Counted from the stretch's first letter, positions 36,661 to 50,150 are shown. The stretch: DNA of 64,000 bases from Mobula hypostoma (GCF_963921235.1 NC_086108.1:82710001-82774000), one strand, 5' to 3'. Translations and numbers: made by a program. The notes: generated by a model not told the origin, from the letters alone.

Positions 36661-38619
36661 CTGATATTGACGATTAAGCAAGGGTGCATGAAGCAGCATC
36701 AATGTAGCACAGAAAGAGCTGGGCAGCATTACTATGGAAGGCCAGGAGCATGGACTGCTCCACATAGCCAACGAAAAGGCAGGCATAGCTGGGGTCCATG
36801 TGAATGTCCATGGCTACAGCTTGGGTTTGAAGAAAGTGGGAGGAGCTGAAAGAGAAATGGTCTTGGCCTGGAGGTGGAGGAGGCCAGGATCAGGAGGCTG
36901 TATAGTTTGTGGTCTGAAGGCGTCCAGGGCCATTAGAACTAGAAATGATGATGGTAGTATCCATGGTTTGGACCCTTCTGGGATCGTTGGAACTGGAGTT
37001 GGCGACTGCAGGATCTGTGGTCTGGAGACCTCCAGGGCCGTTGGATTTGTGAAATCCAATGTGAAATTTGTTTTTTTTTTGTGGCAGAGATACAATGCAA
37101 GACATAAAAATTACTATAAGTTAGAATAAAAAGATCAATAATGCAAAAGGGGAATAGTGAGGTAGTGTTCGTGGGTTTATGGACCGTGAAGCAGGCCATG
37201 CAGAGCACCAATATAACTAGAACAGCATTCAGACATGCGCTGAAATGTGGTAATTAATATCTGTGCTCCACAAATGCCAAGCAACAACCATCTCCAAAAA
37301 GAGAGGATCTAGACTTTAACATTGTACAGCTATGCATTTGTTGAATACGCCACTATCACCAAGTTTGCGTGACCATTCATCAGAAACTTACCTGGAACAG
37401 CCACAAAGCTATTCTGGCAGCAAGACAATATAACTGAATGCCTGACTCTCCAAGGCTTTTCCACCATCTAAAAATATATTCAGGACTGTAGGTGACTACT
37501 CTCAACTAGTACAACAGTTGCATCCATTGCAAAGAATATTACTTTCCTCCCTCTACCAACTCTGTGCATCGTGTGGACTATTGTGACTCAATTATAAAAT
37601 ACATTGCAACACTTATCGATGCTTCTTAATATCTAGATCTTTTCTTAGTGTAATTTCCAGCGTGTAATCGTTTGCTTTTGTTAAGGGAGATGCAACACAT
37701 TTTTGTAAGCAGATAAGCACAGCTTGCATCAGAGAGAATGACAAGATGGAAGAAGGCCAAGTGTCCAGGGTTCATGGAGAACACCAGACCCAATATTCAT
37801 TTTTTTTCTTAAATTTGCTTTGCTCTTCTGATAAAAAATGAGTTCAACAAGGGGGAAGGAGGGTGGAGGGGTGAGCAATAGATTATGAAAGGGTGGAATA
37901 GAAAGGAAGAAAAATAAGTGGAGTACACCAAATAGGGGAGAGATTGAAACTAAGGCAGTGAGAAAATAGAATAATACATCAATAGGAAGGGGGTGAAAAC
38001 AGGATGATCAACCAAAAGGACGCTATTTATTTTTGAGTCTGGCAGAAATCACTCTGCAGGCTCTATTTATTGCCTCTGGTTTACTTAATTATAGTCACTC
38101 CGAATGTAGCCAGAATCATTTAAAACTCATTAATCTTTGTTAATGAAAATACATTCAAGGTTATGAGCAAATGCTATAGACTCATGTAAGTCACCCACCA
38201 CAAAAGAGTAGACAAAGCATGTTAGCAGCAATGTGCCCACTGTGTGTGTGTGTATGGGGGGGCAATATCAGTGTTTCTTTGTGGCAATGATCCAAAGACT
38301 TAATTGCATTGTTCAGAAGGTGACCAAATAAATTACAGCCCTTTGCTGTACATCTTGGCAGGTGAAGGAATCAGGCAATCCCAATGACCATCCAGATCTA
38401 CTCCCTTATTATTCACCTATTGACATAGAGCAACAATGTTAACTGTGAGGATGTGCTCAATAGTTTGATGGTTCAACCATTCAATGGAATGGAAAGGAAG
38501 GAGAGAGACCATGGACTGGATTATCCAAACTGCCATTCCACAGTTATGGGATGAGTAAAATTAATGGGGTTTGTATACAGAGATTGTCAGATCTTCCAAC
38601 CAGCTTCTTTCTAACCACC

Positions 38620-39935
38620 AGAAAGAACTGCATGAAGGCCTCAACAACCAGTTGCACTCACATCTACTGTGATGAAGTGCTTTGGGAGGTTGCTCATGGC
38701 CAGGATCAGCTCCGGCCTAAGCAAGGACCTGAACCCGCTGTAATTTGTCCACTGCCACAAGAGGTCTACAGCAGATGCAATCTCATTGGCTCCCCACTTA
38801 GCGTTGGATCATCTGGATAATAGCAATACATCAGAACCCTTGAAATCTGCATTCAACACTGTCATACCTTCAGTACTAATGGACAAGCTCCAAGACAAGG
38901 GCTTCTGTATCTCCTTCTGCCACAGGATCCTTGACTTTTTCATTTGGAGGCAACAGTCAGTGTGGATCAGGAATAAAATCTCCTCACTGACAACCACACT
39001 GGCTCACCTCATGGATGCATGCTTAGCCTACTGCCATATTGTCTTTACACCCTTGAATTTGTGGCTAGGCACAACTCAAATACCATCTGTAAATTTGGTT
39101 ATGACACAATTGTTGTTGCAGAATTTCAGATGGTGATGAAAATGCATACAGGAGCAAGAGAGATTAGCTGGTTGAGTGGTGTTGTAACAACAACATTGCA
39201 CTCAATGTCAGTAAGACTAAGGGATTGATTGTGGACTTCAGGAAGGGAAAGTCAAGGGAGAACATGCCAGTCCTCATTGAGGGATCAGTAGTGGAAAGAG
39301 TGAGCAGTTTCAAGTTCTTGGCTGTCAACAACTCTGAAGATCGATCCCGGGCCCAACATATGGATGCAATTACTAGGAAAGCTTGAAAGTGGCTATATTT
39401 CATCAGGAGTTTGAAGAGACTTGGGATGACACCAATGACTCTGGCAAATTTCTACAGATGTACCATAGAGAACATTTCTAACTGGCTGCATCACCGTTTG
39501 GTATAGAGAGGTGACTGCACAGGATCAGACAAAGCTGTAGAGAGTTGCAAACTCAGCCAGTTTTATTATGGGCAATGCCTGAAGAAGGCCACATCCATCA
39601 TTAAGAACCCCTGTCACCCAGGACATGCCACCTTCTCATTGCTACCATCAAGGTGGAGGTACAGGAGCCTGAAGGCACACACTCAATGCTTTAGGAACAG
39701 CTTCTTCCCCTCGCCATCAGATTTCTGAATAGACAATGAACCCAAGTACACTACCTCTATATTTTTAAATTTTCTTTTTGCACTACTTATTTAATATAAT
39801 TAAAAAATATATTTCTTTTGCAATTTATTGTATTTTTATTACCTTTTTAAATTATGTTTTGCAATGTATTGCTGCCACAAAACAACAAATTTCACGAAAT
39901 ATGTTAGTGATATTAAACCTGATTCTGATTTTGAG
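38620..39935 (+). mobile_element. Rex1/Babar LINE RT and 3' end, degraded
   Basis: PVALTSTVMKCFG, ALDHLDNSNT and KFGYDTIVV, with an AAACCTGATTCTGATT tail. Confidence 0.88.
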
Positions 39936-40719
39936 ATTTTGCCTTGTACGCCTCTATAGAAGTTGAATTTGCATTTAAGTTTTCACTTTCTCCCAATGAT
40001 CCAGAACAACCCCAACAGTATGAGAGCTGGCTTCATGTCCACCTCACCCCAAACCAAACAAGTGGATTGAGTAAAAGCTTCCAGTGTAGTTAATGATAAT
40101 TAGTGGAGCTGCATGTGCATGAATATGTACGCCATGTACTTACATAAACCATCTGCATGTTACAGCTCATGATTGAATAGGAGTGTTTCTGGAGTGGAGG
40201 CATTCAATGAACATTTTCTCACATTCTGTAGACTTTTTCCACTGCTTGCTGCAGGAGGTAGAACCCATAAAATGGTTAAATCAGATGCTGCCAGCCTCAT
40301 TAACATCACTTTCTCGAAAAGATTTGATTTATTGCCTTATCTCAGCTCCATGATATCCATTAGGCTATGGATTAGAGCTGGTCTCCCTACATGCTGGGGA
40401 CCTTTGCCCCTTTAATAGCCCCACCTATATGCAGTCCTACTCACATCCACATTTATTGTGCACAGTACATTCTTTAATCTACTGTGAATGCCTACAGAAA
40501 AATGAATCTCAGGATAGTATATGGTGAAATATACGTATATAATAATATATTTATTTTGAACTTTTAACATTAAAACTCCCACCCATCATCACACTAGGAA
40601 CAGCATAATTGTCTTTTCACTTTGGTACTAAACAATTCATCCTTTTATATGGGGTAGCACAAGGGTTCAAAACAAGGTGAGATAAAAGGAAACATCAAGC
40701 TGAAATCGAAGTAAAAATA

Positions 40720-41272
40720 TGTTCTCATTCCGACATGCCAGTCCATGGCCTCCTCAAGTACTGTGATGAGGCCACACTCAGGTTGGAGGAGCACCACCTT
40801 AGATCCTGCTGGGTAGCCTCCAACCTGATGGCATGAACATCTATTTCTCTAACTTCTGGTAATTGCCCCAACCTTCACCATTCCCAATTCCTGTTTCCCT
40901 CTCTCTCCTTACCTCCTCACCTGCACATCACCTCCCTCCGGTGCTCCTCCCCCTTCCCTTTCTTCCATGGTCTTCTATCCTCTCCTATCAGATTCCCCCC
41001 CTCCAGCTCTTCATCTCTTCCACCAGTCAACTTCCCAGCTCTTTACTTCAACCCTCCCCCTCTCCCTATTTCACCTATCACCTACCGCTGTGTACTTCTT
41101 CCTCCCCTCTCCCCAACTTCTCCTCTTTCTTTCCAGTCCTGATGAAGGGCCTCGGCCCTAAGCGTCGACTGAATACTCTTCTCTATAGATGCTGCCTGGC
41201 CTGCTGAGTTCCTCCACCATTTTTTGTGTGTTGTTTTGGATTTCCAGCATCTGCAGATTTTCTCATGTTTGT
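40720..41272 (+). mobile_element. Neptune-type PLE 3' terminus, hammerhead with a mutated GAAA
   Basis: CAGTC-CTGATGA-AGGGCCTCGGCCC-TAAG-CGTC-GACTG at about 41134-41171. Confidence 0.82.
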
Positions 41273-41956
41273 AAAAATATGTTGAACAGCAACCAATTAA
41301 AATAAAAAGTAGTGACTAAACAGAATACATTAACCATAATTTTGGGTTGTCAATAGGAAACCAAATCTATATCAGGTAATTATGGCTCAGTACATTAGTG
41401 GTGACAGAGATAATGGGAGGTAAATCACTGATTCAGCCAAATATCTCAATTAGTGCATTCAGTCTCCACTAACATATTATCCAGCCTGCACACCCTTCTC
41501 AATCCCTCAACTGATACACTAACTGATGGCTCTGTTGAATTGGGAATATTAGCAGCTGCCAATTGCCATGATGACTTCTAATTCCAAATTAATTCAGGGT
41601 AAATGAAATGTCAGAAGAAGATTGATTTGTTTTAGTAATTGTCCTGATGAGGGGCGGATCACGTGATTCAAAAGAAAAGAGAATAGAGGGAGGACTGTAA
41701 ACAGTAGCCCGAGGGATGTGTGTGTTTTACTACTATGATGGGGGAGGGATGAAGTGCAGAAATGATTGTTTGTACAGCAGAGTTCCAGTTTCTCCTCACA
41801 GATAACAGATAATCTTTAGGGTGACAAACAAATTTGGCTTACATTGTCTTCGAGCCCCAACAGGTTGACTGTATTCCTCAGGGTGCTGGCACTAGGCTGT
41901 ACTAATTTAAAACCTCTTTTTTTTACAAAGTAAATATCAAACGGCTATAAACTTGC

Positions 41957-42003
41957 TGTCAGGACCTGGAGGTGGTGTGTCACTTCCACGGTATTGCAGA
42001 AAT
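41957..42003 (-). CDS. Possible 47-bp exon with a GC donor
   Basis: Strong acceptor ctaactatcttcttccag and donor ACA|gcaagt. Frame (D)FCNTVEVTHHLQVLT is phase-compatible with the exon starting at 33839. Confidence 0.25.
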
Positions 42004-42289
42004 CTGGAAGAAGATAGTTAGATTTAAAAGCTGTAAAGTTACAAATCGCGAAGTTCCATCCTATTGCAGCACAGAATATAAAAAAGTCAAAGCTTATAGC
42101 CAAAGAAAGTAATTTCTAGACGTTTGTGCCAATTTAATAGGCAAAGTATAAATGCTAACTTTGTATTTAAAAGTTTAGCAACGAATTGTTTTGTTTTTAA
42201 AGCAGAAAAAAAATCAAACTCAGAAGCAAACTTAGCATTACAGCAACTGTTGGAGTCAGGACAGTTCTCTTTCCATTGAAACTGCATTG

Positions 42290-42772
42290 AAAAGTGGAGG
42301 AGCCATACCTTATATTCCGTCTAGATAGCCTCCAAGCTGATGGCTTGACCATCGATTTTGTGAACTTCCGGTAATTGCCCCCCCTCCCCGCCCCCATCAC
42401 CATTCCTCATTTCTGTTTCCATCTCACACCTTCTCTCCTTACCTGCCCATCACCTCCATGCTGGTGCTCCTCTTCCTTCCCTTTCATCCATGGTCTTCTG
42501 TCCTCTCATATCAGATTCCCCCTTATCCAGCCCATTATGTCTTTCACCAATTGACTTCCCAGCTTTTTACCTCACCCGCTTCCCCTCTCCTGGTATCACC
42601 TATCACCTTCTACCTTGTACTTCTTCCTTCCTCCTCCCCACCTTTTTACTCTGACTTCTCCCTTCCTTTCCAGTCCTGATGAAGGGTCTCAGCCTGAAAT
42701 ACCGACTGATTACTCTTTTCTATAGATGCTACCTGGCCTGCTGAGTTGCTCCAGCATTATGTGTGTATTGCT
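42290..42772 (+). mobile_element. Neptune-type PLE 3' terminus with a degenerate hammerhead
   Basis: VEEPYLIFRLDSLQADG and CAGTCCTGATGAAGGGTCTCAGCCTGAAATACCGACTG. Confidence 0.82.
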
Positions 42773-44389
42773 AAAGTTCATCAGTTTTTTGTTTTGGGAG
42801 TAATTTAAGACAGGTTCATTTTCTGGAAAGAGCAAATGAAACAGATTGCCTGTGTGTGTCTATTTATGCACCACACCTGGGGCCCTGTAACAGAATCGAT
42901 GTATTCCATGTGTCATCGTTGCACAGTCATTATCACCAGAGTCATTTATGGACCTTCTAGAAAAACACTACAATAAAACACTACATCCTATCCAATGCAT
43001 GCTTGAATCTGTTCGGTGCAAATATTGGCAGCATCGACTTTCTAATCAATCTGATATGCAAAAACAAGTAATTTATTTTTGGATTACCTGAAATAATTAG
43101 GAGGAGATTTTGACTTTAGCAACACCAGTAAGTAACTGAGTCACATAGCATTTGGGATTACACCCTCAGAATTTAAATCTGCTCAAATGCACACGCACCA
43201 AGCATCCCTTTCAAAAGCCATGAGGACACCACACTTACCCCCAAACCAAACACCAGCCAGACGTGGACATGTGTTCTTTCGTCACTGCTGTGTCCAACTT
43301 GTAGAACTCCCCAAAAATATGAGAGTGGTTATGACACACATCAAAGTTATCCAAGAAAGTATACATTTGCCATGGGGAGGGGTGTGAAACTGGCAACATA
43401 GGCAGACAAGTTGGTGTAAAAATGGTGTCGAGTACAGGAGTTGGCTCAAGGGTTTGCATGTATGCAAGATATTGGAGAGACCACACCTGGAATACTGTGT
43501 GCAGTCCTGGGCGACACACTGTAGAAACGTGATTAAAAACATAGAACACAGAACTGTATAGCACAGTAGAGGCCTCGTCTTTAGACATCGGGCACCCTTC
43601 CAAATTAAGCCTATCATCCAATATATGGTTCATAGCCCTCTTTGTCTAAGTACTTCAAGTGTTCATTTGGACACTTCTTAAATGTTGTCAGTGACCCAGC
43701 TTTGACCACTCTCTCAGGCAGAGCATTCTGGTTGACACCACTTGAATCTCTTCGCTGACCCTGAACCTGTGTTTTCTAGTTTTATCTATCTCTGATATGG
43801 GGAAAATGAACCTGCAGTCTATCCCCACTAAACCCATAAATTTTACATGCCTCAATTAGGACCAGATGCAGGGTCTCAATTGAAATGTTGACCCTTTGCC
43901 TCTGCAGGAACTATTTGACCTATTGAGCTCTTCAAAACGTTTATATTTTGCTCAAGAAAGGAAGTATGTTAAATATGGGAAGGATGAAGAAGTGGGTTGA
44001 CTTGGATAGGGTGAAACTTGGGTAACCATGGAGATAAGCTGTAAACAAGATTATTAGGTCAATGAGTGAGTGAGAGCAATTGGAGTGTGAGAATTTAGAT
44101 AAAGGAACATAAAAAGGTGTATGAGTTTTGAAATATAGAGGATGTGTGGAGGGCATGCTCTGCAAATCTGACTGAGCATATCCTCAATTTGTAATGAGGG
44201 AAAAAAATACAAGCTGGGCTGATATTACAGATGGTTGACTGATAAAGACTCAAAAGTAAGTCATCTGAAGTTGTAAAATTCAATATTGCATTCGAAAGGC
44301 TGCAAAATACCCTGACTGAAGATGAAGAGCTGTTCCTCAAACTTGTGTTGGGTCTAACTGTGAGAGTATAGGAGACTACAGACTAGTAG

Positions 44390-44925
44390 TCTCCTGTACT
44401 GTCCAACTAATTGCTGGTCAACCTTTATTGATGTGCGATAGAGAGCACACTGACATACAGAATGACAGTGTGGTACTCCAGCTGCAGCAAGACAGATCAC
44501 AAAGCACTCCAACGGCTGATTAGGACAGCTCAGCACATCACTGGGACTAAACTACTGGGTCTGGAGACAATCTACAGCTCATGATGGCTATGACATGCTC
44601 GTATTTTCATTAAAGACCCATCCTGTGCTGAACACTGTCTGTTCTATTTCCTCCCATCTGGTAGGGAGTACAGAAAATCTTAGCCAAGACAGTAAGACTG
44701 AAAAACAGCTTCTTTCTCAAGGGCTGTTGTGCAGCTGAATAATACTGCACTCAGGTTTGCCAATGTCCTTTGAGTGTTACGGACTATTGAAGTTGCTTGT
44801 TTCATGTAAATATGGGAATTTTAAAAAAAGCAGTAGAGCATGCAATGTAACTATCTGACTGGGTTAGCACTGCAGTCTCATTGTTTTGAGCAATAACAAT
44901 AAAGTTTTATTCTATTCCATTCTAG
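44390..44925 (+). mobile_element. Old Rex1/Babar-like 3' fragment
   Basis: ALQRLIRTAQHITG, IKDPSCAEHCLFYFLPSGR and RLKNSFF. Confidence 0.7.
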
Positions 44926-45139
44926 TCGGTCGAGTGGGATGAAGATTTATAGTGGCAGGTGAAGGAAAGCTCAAAGTCGCCCCATGGACTGAGTGCAGGT
45001 GTTTTGCAAAGTAATCACCCAACCTTCATTTGGTTTCTCCAGTGAAGGCAGTGGCAGTATTCTAGACCAGAAGAACAAATTAATCACTGCTTCACCTTGA
45101 AATATTGTTTGAATTCCAATCTACTATTCAGTGTTTGTG

Positions 45140-45592
45140 TTTACCATATCAGAAAACACCCCTGCCCCCCACCCTTCATTCTACTCAATGAATTTCTTTT
45201 GTCCTCCTCCTTCTCTTCCCTTCCTCTTCTTTCTTCCCTTTCTTCCATGGTGCTCCTCCACCTTCCCTTTTTTCCATCGTCTTCTATCCTCTGCTATCAG
45301 ATTCCCCCTCCTCCAGCCCTTTATATCTTTCACCAATCAGCTTCCCATCTCTTTACTTCACCCCTCCCTGTCTCTCAGTCTCACCTATCACCTACCACCT
45401 TGTTCTTCTTCCTTCCCTCCCCTCACCTTCTTACTCTGACCACATTTTTTTTCCAGTCCTGAAGAAGGGTCTCAGCCCGAAACGTCGACTGTTTATTCCT
45501 TTCCATAGACGTTGTCTGACTTGCTGAGTTCCTCCAGAATTTTGAGTATGTTGCTTTGGACTTCCAGCATCTGCAGTCTTTCTCGTGTTTGA
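45140..45592 (+). mobile_element. PLE 3' terminus
   Basis: Pyrimidine-rich UTR, hammerhead, and CTTCCAGCATCTGCAG..TCTCGTGTTT end. Confidence 0.82.
45454..45491 (+). ncRNA. Minimal type I hammerhead ribozyme, predicted cleavage after 45486
   Basis: CAGUC-CUGAAGA-AGGGUCUCAGCCC-GAAA-CGUC^GACUG, with a 5-bp stem I. Confidence 0.82.
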
Positions 45593-46639
45593 CCGTTTTT
45601 TTTTTGTCTCCTTTGAGTTCTGATGAAAGATCTTCAATCTGAAGCAATAACTCCGTTTCACTTCCCACAGATGTGGCCTAGCCTACTTATTATTTCTAAC
45701 ATTTTCTGTTTTTATTTTAGATTTCCAGTATTTGCAGTTTTTAAAAAAAATTCATTCTATTAAAGAGTGAATCATATTTTATGTCATAAATTACCTGAAG
45801 GGTTTCTGCAACAAGCTCAACGGCAACTTTTCAGCTGGGGTTGGATCAGTTCCAACCATGCATGGGAAAGAACAGGAAAGTAGGACTATGGAGACACAAG
45901 GGACTGTGGATGATGAAATCTGGAATTGGTTAAGCAGATATATGTGAGGAAAGAACTTGTTAACATTTGAAGTTGAAACCCTGCAGTAGGACTGAATGTG
46001 GAGAGGTGAGATGGTCAGCAACAGAGAGGAGAAGGTGAGACACAAGAAGGGATTCCAGGGTGACTGGCAGATGGTGGAGGGGTGTAAGGTGACAGGAAGG
46101 TAGTTCTAGCTAGGGGGGATAAGCAGAGGTGGAGTTGGAAGAGTGAGGTAGGTGAAAGATGGAGGCAGCTGAAGAAAAAGAGGAGAAAGAAAAGAAACAA
46201 AGATGGAGGAAAGTGGGGGAGGGGAGTACGAAGATGGGAGACATTTGCTGGAGCGAGATAAACAGGAACACAAAGTGCTTCCAGAGTTCAGTTCAGCTAA
46301 GTAAAAGAGGTGAGAATTAGAGGGGAGGGGGATGGAGTGGACTACAGCTGGATCCATTTGAGGTGAGGGAGGTGGCGGAATCTGTGTGTGAAGTGGGTCA
46401 TTGGAGCTAGGAAGGGAATGGGACAAAGATGATTGAAAGGAAGCTGGGGTGGTGGTGGGGGAGGTTGGGAACAGGGAAACAAGTGGGAAGACTAGAGGAT
46501 CCGGAGAGGGGAGAAAAGGGTTGGGAGGATTGGGAAAAACGGTGTTTGACTAAAATTGGAAAATGAATGGTGGTGAAGTGACGATAGATACATGGCTATC
46601 ATAGTGATTCTTGGAGTAGGGCTAAGTGATTAGATCTTC

Positions 46640-47046
46640 CAGTGTATCCAAGACATCTTCAAGGAATGGTCCTCAGAAAGGCGATGTCTATTATTAAGGA
46701 CTTCCATTACCCTGGGCATGCCCTCTTCTCATTGCTACCCTCAGGAAGGAGCTACAGAAGCCTGAAGGCACATGCTCAGCGATTCAGGAACAACTTCTTC
46801 CCCTCTGTCATATGATCCCTAAATGGACATTGAGCCCGTGAACACCACCTCATCTTTAAAAAATATATATTATTTCTGTATTGCACTATCTTAATCGAAT
46901 TATTTAATACATACTTACTATAGTTGACATATTTATTTTTTCTTTCTATATTATCATGTTATATTATATTATCATTGAACTGCTGCTGCTAAGTTAACAA
47001 ATTTCACAACACATGCCGATGATAATAAACCCGATTCTGATTCTGA
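46640..47046 (+). mobile_element. Rex1/Babar 3' end
   Basis: HALFSLLPSGRSYRSLKAHAQRFRNNFFP and a GATTCTGATTCTGA tail. Confidence 0.82.
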
Positions 47047-48594
47047 CCAGTTCCTTGTCTGTGAATCATTCAATGATTTAGATTTTTACAGCAATACCAC
47101 TCAGAGTCTGTGAGTTATGATGTACAACTCAGTTGAATTCTGTCAAAATCTGTCACTGGATTGATTCTGATGTTGTGCCATCCTGGGATAAGGCATCTCC
47201 ACAGTAGAAAAGATAAGTAAATTGATTTGCTGTTATTGCTGAAGGCTTCGCTTTCTGTCTGATTTTTTTTCATCCTGTTTCCCAGAGTTGCAAATCAATG
47301 ATAGTGCTGAATGATTGAATTTCTAATGAACCTATGTAGATTAGTTTATCAATATCATTTAAATACATTTCTCACTTCTCCTGTTTACTAAATTATTAAT
47401 TCACCTCTAATCAATTGTGTGATATTATGTCATTATCTGCAAAATGGTATTGATAAGGCTTTAACAAAGAAATTGAGGTTAAAACTTCAGTTAGGAAGTC
47501 TTAATGCTATCAGAAATTTTACATAGCCAGCAAAGAACTTGTGATTAACACTATCTGTAATTTATCAGTTTAAGTTACAATAAAAGCCAGATGGTCTTTC
47601 TGCAGTGCTATTTATTCTTCAGGAAGTAGGTTTTGTACCACACAGTAGATGTTTTTCAGTAAGGTAGCTCATTCTTATAGTAAGCCACTGAAACCATGTA
47701 AGTGGGACATTTTCCCTCGTAAACGTTATATGGTGAAGATGGGGAATGTCGTAGAATGTTTTAACGCCAAAGGCAGTTATGAGCATCACAGAGGTCGAGT
47801 GTTCTCGTGACTGACGCATGGTGGGATGCATTCCTCCTCTGGAGTAGTAAGTCATAACATAAACTAGAATCCCTGGTTTTCTAATGCTGTGACATCTGTA
47901 GCAAAAAGGCAATATCTCTCTTCAGAAGGCAACGTGTGCCTTAGCCATCCATTCAGCAGAATATGCAGTGGATAAGCAAGCATGTGGCAGAAGAATTTTC
48001 TAATGGCCTGGCTGCAGTGCAGGTAAAAATGATTGGGTTTCATAGACCAATCAAGGCAACACTCCCCTGCACCTCCTTTCTCTGCTTAAGAGTTCTTTGC
48101 TACCCTACTCTAGCATCCTAAGATTCCTGGCCAGAAAACAGTTTTCTTCATTATGTCAAACATGTTTCAGTTCTGATGAAAGGTCACAATTTTGATTTTT
48201 GCTAGAACTAGTGGTCACTCTAAATTGATAGGGTCACACATTCACGGCAGAGATGATGCAAAATGTTTGCTCTCAGAGGGTTATGTGTGTTTGGAACTCT
48301 TTTCCTCAAAGGGTGGAGAAAGCTGTTTTAAATGTTCTTGAGGCAGAGTTAAATTTTTGATAAGAAAGGGGGTGAAGTTTACTGGGAATAGGTGGCAACA
48401 TGGAGCTGAGATTACAGTCAGATCAACAAGGCTTAAAGGGCTGAGTTACTGACACCCACTTCTCATGCATGGTGGTACTGTGACAAAATGTAATTTATAG
48501 TTCTTTAATTATTACGTATTGCACCGTATTGCAACAGTAAAGTAACAAATTTCACAGAATATGCCAGTGGTATTAAACCTGATTCTGATGTACC

Positions 48595-48875
48595 ATCAGC
48601 AATCCTGGTTCAATTTCTGCCACTGTCTGTAAGGAGCTTGTATGTTCTCATTGTGACCACATGGAGTTCCTCCAGGTGCTCCAGTGTCCTCCTACATTCC
48701 AGAGATGTATGGATTAGTAAGCTGTGGGCAAGCTATGTTTGTACCAGAAGTATGACAACTTTTGAGGGCTGCTCCCAGCACATCTTTGCTCTGTATTGGT
48801 CATTGATGCAAATGACGCACTTCACTGTATGCTTTGATCCTTGATTACATATGACAAATGATGTTTATCTTATCT
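48595..48875 (+). mobile_element. V-SINE fragment
   Basis: GGTTCAATTTCTGCCACTGTCTGTAAGGAGCTTGTATGTTCTC..CCTACATTCCAGAGATGTA. Confidence 0.7.
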
Positions 48876-49150
48876 GTATGCTCACTTGCTTCATGCTATT
48901 TCTAGTCAGGGCCATCAATGCTACCTTCTTACCATGGTGCTGATTTTTTTTTTGTCACCTTCATATCTCAGAAAACTCTTAACATGGATCACACTACCTC
49001 AATTGCCAACCAATAGTTCAAGCTGAAAATAGAGAATATGAGGAGGAGGCCATTAGTCTCTGTATATACCCAAGATGACTCTGATAGAGAAAAAGCACTA
49101 AACTTAAAGATACCAAGGCTGGAGGCTTCATGCAGCAAAGTGTCTCTAAT

Positions 49151-49346
49151 TTATTTTATTTTTTTTAGCCCTTAACTCGGCAGTGGAGTTATCAGGGCAC
49201 CGTCATTTTTCGGTGTTTCCGTACCAAGCTATTCCTGTTTTTACGAGGCCGAGTTTCTAGCTCGACACTCAACCCGATTTGGATTCGAACTCGGGAACCT
49301 TCGCTCCGGAGTCTGGCGCTAATATTATTGCACCACCAAGCGGGAC
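49151..49346 (-). mobile_element. tRNA-derived SINE with an A-rich tail and an 11-bp TSD
   Basis: TSD GTGTCTCTAAT at 49140-49150 and 49347-49357. The minus strand has an A box (TGGTGCAAT) and B box (GTTCGAATCC), a 3' stem-loop, and the tail AAAAAAAATAAAATAA. Confidence 0.88.
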
Positions 49347-49479
49347 GTGTCTCTAATGGTTCTCACTTTTCCTCGTGCTCACAAATGAGTAAAAACAACG
49401 TGGTGGTACAACGCATTGTGACCTACCTGCTGCAGACTACTCCTGCTGTTCTACATATTAATACTTGCATAAGAATGTA

Positions 49480-50150
49480 AAGAAGTAGATAAGGAACAGA
49501 CCATATGACCCTGCCATTGAAAAACATCACAGCTGATCTGATCTTGGGATTTGTTCCACTTTCCTGCCAGTAACTCATAACTCTTGATTCTCATACAGAA
49601 CAAAAATTTATGTCAGTCTTGAATACATTCAGTGATCAGTCTCTAGGGCTCTATTGGACAGAGAATTCCAAATATTCACAAAATCCTGCAGGAAGAAATT
49701 AAATCTTATTTCTGTCATGAATGGTCAAGTCCTCATTTTGAAATTTTGGCCCATATATCAGATATTTTATGAGTAATAATATCCCCTTGGCACTTACCCT
49801 CTGCAAAATCTTACATGTTTCTATACGTTCATTTCCTGTTAATTTCAATGCCTGGACAAATGGCTGCAAACTGTTCTACTTTACCTCATGTGACTACTGT
49901 TTTATCCCAAGCATCAACTTAGCAATCTTTCTCGAAAATGTCTCTTTCAAAAATCTATCCATCACTAAACAAGAAGTCCAGAATTGTACACAGTAATGAA
50001 GACATCTCACCAGAGTTCTGTACAGTGATTGCAAAACCTCTCTACTTTAGCACACCATCCCGCTTGCCATAAAGGATATCATTCCATTTGCCTTCCTAAT
50101 CACTTGCTCAACCTGTATGTTAACTTCCTGTATTTTATGCACAAGGACAT
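49480..50150 (-). mobile_element. Ancient CR1 3' fragment
   Basis: Degenerate CR1 3' UTR and RT C-terminal remnants. Confidence 0.6.

Noticed and set aside
36734..37129. 131-aa Gly-rich ORF
   Set aside because: It spans decayed PLE and LINE 3' remnants and has no splice or homology support.
40863..41207. Pro/Ser/Leu-rich ORFs (also near 20835, 45097 and 51674)
   Set aside because: These are translations of the pyrimidine-rich PLE UTR, which is naturally poor in stop codons.
45795..45834. Possible small minus-strand exon with a CAG|gtaatt donor
   Set aside because: The acceptor is ambiguous and adjacent to repeat remnants, so support is too weak.
49275..49346. Genuine tRNA gene
   Set aside because: The cloverleaf is incomplete, and the sequence continues into a SINE body with a tail and TSD.
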